Below, in pieces: positions 10,934 through 19,389 of a stretch of 19,389 nucleotides of DNA; positions within the stretch are counted from its first letter, which is position 1; every line of letters begins with the position of its first letter. The notes under the pieces are model-generated. The model worked only from the letters and a program-made list of their open reading frames with translations. It was not told the DNA's origin and ran no database searches. Location: positions 1 to 19,389 of the forward strand of contig CAXIUT010000093.1 of assembly GCA_964035545.1 (NCBI GenBank), given 5' to 3'. The translations under genes were made by a program, and so were the position numbers. The DNA is from Bugula neritina (Eukaryota; Animalia; Bryozoa).

Positions 10934-13083
10934 TCATTGAACAATCATTTGAGATAGTTTAGAAAACCCTCCAGCTTTTTTCAATGATTTTTTAATCATA
11001 TCATAAGAAAGATCCAAAGATTGTGGTACTTCTTCTCCTTTAGTAAAAACTTACATCCACTCATCAGGTAAAGGCAAACAGATACTTGCAGGTCTTTTCT
11101 GATAATACAATCCATCCACCTCCTCAAGATGCAAATCTTCAATATCAGCATAGCCATCACATATCAATCCTACAGTTAATTCGAGATGAGCATAGTTCAA
11201 TTGTTCATTAAACAGAAATACTTCTGAGCTGTGTCTTTGGCAAAGATTTTTATTTTTTAATTGTTGTAAAGTCAAACTTCTACCTTCAAATTTTTATCCG
11301 TCCAAGTATAAAGTAAATGATAATTCAGAATCATCAAATAAACCATTATTTTCATGCTTTTTACTATATAAATTCATCACCTTGACCTTTTCAATCGCCA
11401 CACACTATCGACTTAAACCTTGACTTCCATCAATCTTAGAAGCCATTGTTGTCTAGCTATATCCTATCTTAGACATATATCCATTCCACTCTTTTGCTTT
11501 ACGATAGTTTTAACCCATATGCGGCTTTCGACATAGTTTTGCTGATTGAACTCGACTTAAAAATGAAAATTGACTTTTTGTGTTTGTGCAATTGCTTTTA
11601 TCAAGGTTAGATTGTTAAACAGTATCAGTGATTATTTTTGTGTATGTTTCTTTAAAATGTTTAAATTTCATTTAAAGAGTTACTGTTTTTGGTTTCTTCT
11701 CAAGAATAGTATCCATATATTTAATCCTTTCGATATAGAAAAAGAGTCTCCAAGCCTTTAACTGAGGAAGTTAACTACCACTCTTCTAAAAATCATCTTC
11801 TCCCCAAATCTTCTTTTTATCTTCAGTCGGTTTCTCCATGACTCTTTCAATCGATGAAGAAGATATATTGAGTAAAGATGAAAATTATTTTTAGACATCA
11901 ATTAGCTGATGTTAAGCAGCAATTAATTAATAACATACATCACATACATTACTTAATCCTTCTTTTCTGAGATGAGGAATAGACTGAAAAGGAATCCCTC
12001 TAGATTGCATATGACTAACTAACTACCAAATCAGTTTATTTGTTACTATTTTTCTTAACTACTGCTTGGTAAACATCATTTTACATAATCTACATGCCTG
12101 AGAATTATTGTTCTTCTAAGTTAGCAATTATATTTATTCAGATGTACAAATATCCCATAATCTTGTCAATGTACTACTTCTAATGACTTGTAAATCCAAA
12201 AGCCAAGGTTTACGATTGTAATCTATCACGAAATCAACCACTATTTATGATATTTTTAGAGGAAGAGCTCTCTATAAGTATTGAATAAGAGAACTTGCCA
12301 TTTATTCATATGCTTTTAATGCTTTTCCTTTGATAAGAGTAGAAGAATAAGAGTCACTTTTTTATGGATTAACTATATAATGATGATTAAATCTTTGCTT
12401 CTTTTTAAATAATTCTTCATTCATTTTATAATGACTCGTCATTTTATATCCATAATTTTTCTTTATACTATTTCTTGCTTGTGATCTATAAAATAATCTT
12501 AAAAGATTAGGTGTTTCTCCATAAGGACGAATAAAACGTCTATAAACATATCCTTCATTTCTAGGCATCAATTTATTTTATTTTAGTTCATTTGACATCA
12601 AAATTGAGTTGCTAAAAGTAATACCTGATATCGAAGAATGTAAAACTACTGGAAAAATAGAACCTTCCATTGACTACAAAGGCAATTTATTCATATAGGC
12701 ATCATTTGATATAAAAGAATCTACCTTTACTATTTCATTTTATGTTGATATAATACAACTTGTACTCTCATTCTGCAGCACAGTTTCGGGAATATTTAAT
12801 TGCAGCATTGGACCTGAATACTATCCATTAGTTCTTTTTTATTAGATCTAAAGAATAGCCTAAATAAATAAAAATTTACTTTGTAGATGCCGATTCCAGG
12901 TTTTATTTTTTTATCGTCATAATAATCTTCATGTGGAAAATGAGAAGCAAACTTTCTAGAAAGTGTTTTGTGCTAGACTCTAGTATGATTCAAAACTGGA
13001 TTAGATTTTTATCGAGATAGTACAGTATCATTTACCTCAGGTAAGTGATAAGGACTTTCAGTTAAATAGATTTCTTTTTCCAT
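10934..13083 (-). CDS. Uncharacterised protein with degenerate ATP-grasp/TTL-like motif and CxxC..CxxC, ~709 aa; intron 12860-12879
   Basis: A single TGA-free frame after one 20-nt intron; it contains track ORFs 12362-12571 and 11051-11275. Motifs IPETV, YRRFIRPYG, IVVDFVIDYNRKPWLLDLQ, CRLC, VCDVCY and PLPDEWME. Confidence 0.75.
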
Positions 13084-13230
13084 TTCTAATTATTTAAATA
13101 AGTTTAGAATAGTTATAATAAAACTTCAGTCGTTTAGAATCTTCAATTTAAAAGTATAGAATTTTTATCAATAATCTAGAAGAAACATAATTTAAAAATT
13201 ACAAAGCCTTGATTTTTTAATTATAATTTG

Positions 13231-14951
13231 ATGTTTTTAGAGATCAAAATCGAGGAATAGAAATTTAAACTCTCTATTGGAAAAGGCTATAATGATTGGA
13301 CTTGGCTTGCTCATTATGCCTCCAGAGTTTATGCTAAAATCATCTATCCTCAAGGAGTCTATATTCCAACCATTCTCTTCATTTAAGCTAAAAATAATGA
13401 ATTTCATCCTCATCCTCGATAAAAAATCAATTACTATCTTGATTATTATAACATTGATCCTCAAGATATGACAGTTGTTGTCAAAATTCGCAAAGCCAAT
13501 CATATATTTACTTAATACTAAAAAAGTATGTTATTTATGATAAAGAATGGGAAGCTCAAGCTTTTGGAGAATAAAGATTTTTAAGTTAAACTAAATATAG
13601 CTATAAAGTGAGTAATGTCAATAGAAAGAAAGATTTCTACTTTAAAGTTACAGTTTATTTCACTATTAGTTAAGATATAAGAAGCATGGTAAACTAAAAA
13701 CTATATAAACAATCAACTGACCTTAAACTAGTTGAAAGAGCGTAAAATATATCTTAATTTAGAATCAGTACAACTGATAGTTTCTTTGAAGCAAGTATCA
13801 AGTTACCCTATGGAACCACTTCTCATAAACTATTTTATTTACAAAGATAATATCCGACATAATAGTATCAATAACATGAACTAAAAGATCACAAAGTAAA
13901 AGCTGAAGATTTTAAAGTCAGCGTTGAACCTAAATATATTCCTTTTGAAACTATTAACAACTTAGTAGAAGAAGATATGAAAATAACATAAGGGATAAAT
14001 AAAAACTTACAATAAAAATAACTTGAAGCCAAAAAAAGAAATACAAATTCTTCACTTTGTTGTTTTACTTTTGAACAACTTTGGCAAATTCTTGAACAAG
14101 ATCATTCCAAAGAACTATTTTTGACTGATTATTAAGAATCAACAAAGCAAAGAATAAAAATATGTTTATAAAAACATTTAAATGACCTATATGAAATATT
14201 CTTCTATTATTTCATTGTAGATAATCAACAAAAAGATAAAAAAGAAGATCTTAGTCTCACCTATCAGCATATTATCCATTTTCTAAGAGAATATTAAGTT
14301 CTATCTGAGTTAAGAGATCTTTTAAGTTTTATATAATTTTATAATGGAGATTTTAAGTTCAAAACATTTGAAGATACTCTTGATGTAAATAACTTCGGAA
14401 TCAAATTTCCTCAATTTGTAGCTATTCTTCTTAGAGCTATACAATTTTTACAGACATCAACTTTCATGATGAAAGGATAAACCTTCGATTCTGCAGTTAC
14501 TAAAATAATTCAAAAAGTAACAGAAATATAAAGAGAAGAAGATTAATTTACTTAGTTTCGTCGAAATATCAGATAAAACGCCAAGGTAATATCATTTATG
14601 AGAAATAATAGCGAACAGCTCAAAAAGATATTTTGTTATCAAGCAGTAACAAGTATCCAGAATAGTTCTTCTGAATATTGTTTAAAGAAAGAAGAAATCA
14701 AAAGAATGCTACAAATCGCTAGTATTACTGAGAAAAATCTTAACATGGTAGTTGATTAATGCTTCAGTGAACTAAAGTTGAAAGAATAAGGACTATTCTA
14801 TTATGACTTTTTGAATGTGATTCAATGGCTAGCCATCACTATCATTTGTGGATAAAAAGAAGGGTAAGATTTAGAAAACTAAGAAGAATAGTCACAGATG
14901 ATTGTTGAAAAAGCAAAGTATTTGATTGATAAAATAGCAGTTGCTCTTTGA
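13231..14951 (+). CDS. Uncharacterised protein, ~566 aa; possible N-terminal ubiquitin-like (Par3/HAL N-term-like) domain and two C-terminal degenerate EF-hand/p25-like helical repeats; intron 13526-13545
   Basis: Frame from ATG13231 to TGA14949-14951 after one intron. N-terminal FKLSIGKGYNDWTWLAHYASRVY; repeated LYEIFFYY..IKFPQFVAILLR and LKKIFCYQ..LFYYDFLNVIQWLA. Domain calls are tentative. Confidence 0.7.
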
Positions 14952-15023
14952 TTATTCCACATTAATTCTTTAATAATATAATAAATATAAGAATAACTCA
15001 TAAAGATGCAATATCAATATTCT

Positions 15024-15928
15024 TCAAATCATACGACTTGAATGAACTGCAGTTGATAATCCCAATCTACCTGATTTCGATCTCTGAAAACATTTACATG
15101 AATGAGATCGAGACATAGAACGAGAAAGACTCTCTTTCAAAGTACCTCGTATTCCTCTTGAAGCTAACAATCTTGAATTCTCTGATATTTTGGGAGCAAA
15201 TGGAGTTATATTCTCCTTCACATTCTTTTATATTTTTTACATATGAAGCTTTCTTTACATTTAGTACTGCTAAAACCTTTGAAAAACACTGGTACTCAAA
15301 TGCTTTTTTAATTTATACTTATTCCATAGTTATTAACTTCCTTTTCCTACATATGGCCTTCTTCTGAAATCTTTAGAATGATCATCTATAGCTTTTATTT
15401 TGAGCATATTTAGCCTTTCCATTCTTCTTTTCTCTTTTTTTTAAAGATCTTTAATCTTTTCTTTGGCTTCTTGTGCAGTATACTTTCTTTAATTTTTTCT
15501 TCTATTTTCCATCATCTATTCAATTTATTTTTAGTCCTATTCTTCATTAAGATCTATTGATTTCTGATATTTTTATTTTAATTTAATTCTTTACTCTAAT
15601 CTTTTATTTTATATCTCGTGCAGCCGTTAGTAGATAGGAGCTTGCTCTTTTTGAGCATTAAGAAAAATAGTATGAGGATTAGTAATTTTAAAAGGACTCA
15701 TTTTTTGTATTTATTATTAATATTTCTATCTTTGATTTTATTGATGCTTCTTCTTTAACTTCTTATGATCCTGATATAATTTATTAAATGAACTTTATTT
15801 ATTTTCCTGAAGATTTGTATTAATTTTTCGCTTAGTTTTTCTATCTTTATCATCACATCTAGTCAACAAATTTTAGATCTAAATAAAACAATACCTACTT
15901 TTTCTAAAACTTCTTGTCCTAACCTCAT
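15024..15928 (-). CDS. Charged coiled-coil protein with YERL / FxPxI-type repeats, ~294 aa; intron 15879-15898
   Basis: Frame from ATG15928 to TGA15026-15024. K/E/R-rich, with FNKLYQD, PIYERL, VFQRF and TPFAPKISENSRLLA motifs. Confidence 0.7.
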
Positions 15929-15996
15929 TAGTTTATCTATAATTTATATTTAACAGTTTTATTAAAATTATCTTAATTATCATCATAGCTATCATT

Positions 15997-18007
15997 TCAT
16001 TTGTAAATTTGTGATTTCAAAAATTAGATTGGTCTCTTAACGATATCCATACCTCTTTGGAATTGTTTATCTAAAATACTTTTTCGTCTTAACAAATGAT
16101 CCACATTACTCTCTTCATCGTTTTTCAAACTTTCTTTAGCAAAATCTCCATAACTTAGGGAATATTTATCATTGATAACATTTTTAAAAAGTTGATGGCG
16201 TTTGATCTATCCATCATTGCATAAAGTGTAGACCAATGACATGTTCTGACTATGTTCAGCTAAACATATAATAGCATTAGCTATGTATTAAATTTCATAA
16301 AGTTCTAGGTAAAAAGTAAGATCAAGTCTTAGATATCCAGGTTTATCTTTAAGAATACCTACACTAACTTACTCTTTGATTGAAGAGACTGTATTTTAAT
16401 CAAGATTGAGCAATCTCATTCCATATGGGCCGGCACAAAAACATCCAGATCTTAATTGAATTCCAAAAACATCAGCTAGGATAAGACTAACTAAGTTATG
16501 TTGTATTATTTTTTGACCTCTTTCAAGAATATTAAAAGTAATTACATTAGCTCTACGTTTAAAATCTCTATCACCATAGACAATAATCAAAGTTTTATTT
16601 AATTTAGATTTAAGCCAAACATTAGCTTTATCGATTAACTCTATAAATAATTTTGTATTCTTCATTTAACGTTCATGAATGAAGTCATACCCTATATCAT
16701 TTTTAAGAAGTTAAAAGGATAAAGCTGCCCGATAAAAACCTAAAAATGGTGGTGTACCAGCAATCTATCTGTTAAATACTTCAGGATCATACATTACATC
16801 CATTTTAGTATATCCCTTAACAAAAGAAACAGTCCCACCACCAGGAAAAGTAGGCTTAGCATTAGTAATAATATCTTTTTTAGCAACCAACACACCACAA
16901 GCCTCAGCTCCTCCTAAGTTTTTATGAGGACTTAAATATGCAAAATCAACCTAGTCATATACTTTAAGATTAAGTTAATGATGACAGCAAAATGCAGCAC
17001 AATCAATACCAAAAATAATATTTTTATATTTTTTAACTTATTCTAAATATTTAATAGATTACTTATTACAGCATTCACTGCCTTTATGTCAGTAAGAGTG
17101 GAAGTTACATTTGATGATGCAGATATACTAAAAATAATATCTTTAGAAGGACAACTTTTTAGTTGTTATTCTATCTAATCAATCAGTAAATTTCCAAATG
17201 GATCACTAGCAAGAACATTAATAGTATCATAAAATTATATCCAAGGTAAAATGTTCGAGTGATGTTCATAAGGAGTCAAAAAGATAGCTGGTTTATTATT
17301 ATCTACCTCTAAAGATTTTATAATTTTCATTGTCTTTTAAATAGCTCCAGTAGATCCACTTCCAGTTGGTAGACAGACATAGTGATCTGGATCTGCACTG
17401 AATGATTTCAAAAGACTTTCATGAGCATAATGCATCATTTCAGTTGAATATTCTAAATATCAGTAAAATTACTTCCAAAATGACTGAATTAAGTATGAGG
17501 ATTAGCACTGAATTTTTTAGCATAACTTATCATGTCTTAAACTTTTCTATAAGGGCGACTTGTAGCAGTATGGTCTACATAGACTGCTTCCAGTTCAATG
17601 TTAAAAGGAGATAAATAACGAGTATTAAAACCAAGGATATTTGATCGAATTATATCTATTTTAGATAATTTTTCCTGAGATTAAACTTCCTTTGTGGGAA
17701 TCACTATTTTTTTCGGATACTCAGTCAACATTAAAGGTTAGATGGGAATATTTATTAAAGAATTTGGACTGGAATTGTTTTAAGAGACTTCATTTAATAT
17801 TTCTCGATCATGAGAAAAGTTTTTTTGCATCTAGGTTTTAAGTGAATTTAATCTTTCTAGAAGATCCTTGCTTTAAGTAGACAGGTTCGATTTTAACTTG
17901 ACTGAATTTACATCTCCATTGTAAGTCGAAGATAAGTTTTGATGTAGTGCGGGTTCAGGCTTGTTCCCAACTCCATTAGTAGTGAATGAAAGTCCATGAT
18001 GATTCAT
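15997..18007 (-). CDS. Class-V PLP-dependent aminotransferase / cysteine desulfurase-like enzyme, ~656 aa; introns 17453-17472, 17043-17062
   Basis: YVDHTATSR, ANPHTE, GSGSTGAI, PYEHHSNILPW, SASSNVT, DCAA, SPHK (PLP lysine), PGGGTV, REIAGTP, GIQLRSGCFCAGPYG (catalytic Cys) and KPGYLRL. Confidence 0.92.
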
Positions 18008-18192
18008 AATCGATTACTTATTTGTTTAAATAAATATTAAATTAAATCGAATTCTAGTTATTCATAAACTAGATGATGAATTTATTTTAAAAGAAATCAG
18101 TTTAAAGTAATAAAATCGATATTTGAAATAAAGGTATATTCTGATTATTTAAAAAAGAATCCATTGTAATTATTTTGAGGTATTATAAATAG

Positions 18193-18931
18193 ATGAGTGA
18201 TAGCATCAGCTTTTCAAGCAATCGAAACTCTATCCAGAAGTTTAAAATAGTTCTAGTAGGAGACCAAAATGTTGGAAAAAGCTCCATCATCGCAAGATAT
18301 ATTCGCAATGAGTTCGACCCAACAAAAAATGTATATTTAAATTGAGATAGCCCACGATAGGCATCGACTTTATCAGTAAAAATATCGCAACAAATGGAAA
18401 AATAATTCGTCTACAACTCTGGGATACTGCAGGTCAATAACGTTTTAAAAGTCTGATTCCTAGCTATCTCAAAGATGCACATATGGCCCTTGTTGTATTC
18501 GACCTGGCAAGTATCTATTCACTCATATAGACATGGTTTCAGCCTAAAGCATACCCAAGTGGATTGATTTTATTAGAGAAGCTGGAAAAAAAGATATCAA
18601 AGTCTATGTTATTGGAAACAAAATGGATCTATAAAGCTAAATACTTTCAGAAACCAGAAAATTAGCATAAGATCTAAGTGAAAAACAAGCTTAATTCTAT
18701 CAGGAAGTATCAGCTAAAACAAATTCCAACATTTAAGACTTATTTAACAGAATTATTGATGATTTACAAGCATCCCATAATAAGAAGAAAGAAGCTCCGT
18801 CATCATCAACAGTCAATAGTGAAGTCAATAGCTAAAATGTTAAAAAAAGTGAATAGTCTTAAAAGATTAAGTTAGGAGACAAAAATAAAAAACAAGGAGA
18901 GAATGGATGGGCGAACTGTTGTCAAAGATGA
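18193..18931 (+). CDS. Rab family GTPase, Rab6-like, ~232 aa; introns 18331-18350, 18511-18530
   Basis: [46 protein letters not shown], EVSAK and a C-terminal CCQR prenylation motif. TIGIDF and SLIPSY are Rab6-type signatures. Confidence 0.93.
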
Positions 18932-18996
18932 TTCATGTTAATTTAGAATATGATTCATATTTAAAATAATTCTTATCAATCAGTAGAAAATGCTCA

Positions 18997-19130
18997 GGGG
19001 TTGGGGTTGGGGTTGGGGTTGGGGTTGGGGTTGGGGTTGGGGTTGGGGTTGGGGTTGGGGTTGGGGTTGGGGTTGGGTTGGGGTTGGGGTTGGGGTTGGG
19101 GTTGGGGTTGGGGTTGGGGTTGGGGTTGGG
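18997..19130. repeat. Internal (TTGGGG)n telomeric tract, probably the true right telomere; one G3T2 variant unit near 19075-19079
   Basis: 134-nt G4T2 array starting 65 nt after the Rab stop codon, with the G-rich strand on + as expected for a right end. Confidence 0.95.
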
Positions 19131-19320
19131 ATTGATCGGAACTCTCACTTAAAGGTAATCTCAAACCTTCACAGTTTCCTTCTTCTTCGAACATATTCTG
19201 AGTAATTTTTTAGCTTTAAACTTTTTTAACACTATGACTTGATCCAGGTAGAGGCATTTTGTGCATATAAGTCATCGGATTTCGAAATATTTTACAATTT
19301 TTTTTATCTTTAGAGCAACT
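19131..19320 (-). other. Orphan ~190-bp fragment between two telomeric tracts; open frame throughout on the minus strand, probably an internal piece of another gene
   Basis: The minus strand reads SCSKDKKNCKIFRNPMTYMHKMPLPGSSHSVKKVESEKITQNMFEEEGNCEGLRLPLSESSDQ with no TGA. It has higher GC than the intergenic spacers, and I saw no copy elsewhere in the window. Confidence 0.55.
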
Positions 19321-19389
19321 GGGGTTGGGGTTGGGGTTGGGGTTGGGGTTGGGGTTGGGGTTGGGGTTGGGGTTGGGGTTGGGGTTGGG
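19321..19389. repeat. Terminal right telomere, (GGGGTT)n
   Basis: Perfect G4T2 repeat running to the end of the window. Confidence 0.97.

Noticed and set aside
4130-18440. Standard ciliate code (UAR=Gln) or a split code with TAA and TAG differing
   Set aside because: WDTAGQ[TAA]RF and AP[TAG] both require Glu, although TAG evidence rests on fewer sites.
643-18875. Most standard-code ORFs in the supplied track (e.g. 643-984, 2017-2328, 7473-7784, 13237-13503, 17402-17614, 18678-18875)
   Set aside because: They are off-frame or antisense shadows of the real TAR=Glu genes. Only a few (3557, 4415, 11051, 12362, 15024, 16396) are in-frame fragments.
137-18931. Pseudogene interpretation of the many in-frame TAA/TAG codons
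   Set aside because: They occur in essentially all genes, at conserved Glu positions, while TGA never interrupts a frame. This indicates reassignment, not decay.
137-18931. TGA readthrough (Trp/Cys/Sec) or context-dependent stops
   Set aside because: No gene model needs an internal TGA, and TGA coincides with expected C-termini (e.g. after the Rab CCQR and the SNARE transmembrane segment).
18933-19205. Track ORFs with PN/PT/GW/GV/QP dipeptide repeats
   Set aside because: They are translations of the telomeric hexamer repeat, not genes.
1-19389. CRISPR array, transposon, tRNA/rRNA genes or a functional gene cluster
   Set aside because: The only tandem repeats are telomeric, I recognised no transposase or RNA gene, and the spacers are very short. 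The trafficking-related genes (Arp10-like, SCYL, SNARE, Rab) belong to common classes, so their co-location is not evidence of a system.

Overview
This is not prokaryotic DNA. It is an apparently complete, telomere-to-telomere, AT-rich ciliate macronuclear chromosome of about 19 kb, with (CCCCAA)n at the left end and (TTGGGG)n at the right. The supplied ORF track is misleading because both TAA and TAG read as glutamate and TGA is the only stop (peritrich-type code, NCBI table 30). Hand translation with that code gives 14 densely packed genes separated by 16-185 nt. In order they are: an STPG/ODF3-like PG-repeat protein, a possible kinase-like protein, an Arp10-like actin-related protein, an SCYL2-like pseudokinase, a longin R-SNARE, an RIIa dimerisation/docking protein, an RlmE/MRM2-like methyltransferase homologue, a hypothetical protein, a B-box protein, a protein with a degenerate ATP-grasp/TTL-like motif and two CxxC motifs, two more uncharacterised proteins, a class-V PLP cysteine-desulfurase-like enzyme and a Rab6-like GTPase. 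All 18 introns I inferred are exactly 20 nt and fit GTA-N11-A-N3-AG, with an invariant A six bases from the 3' end. At the right end an internal telomeric tract is followed by about 190 bp of orphan, apparently coding sequence and then a second telomere. All family assignments come from motifs recognised by eye; no searches were run.
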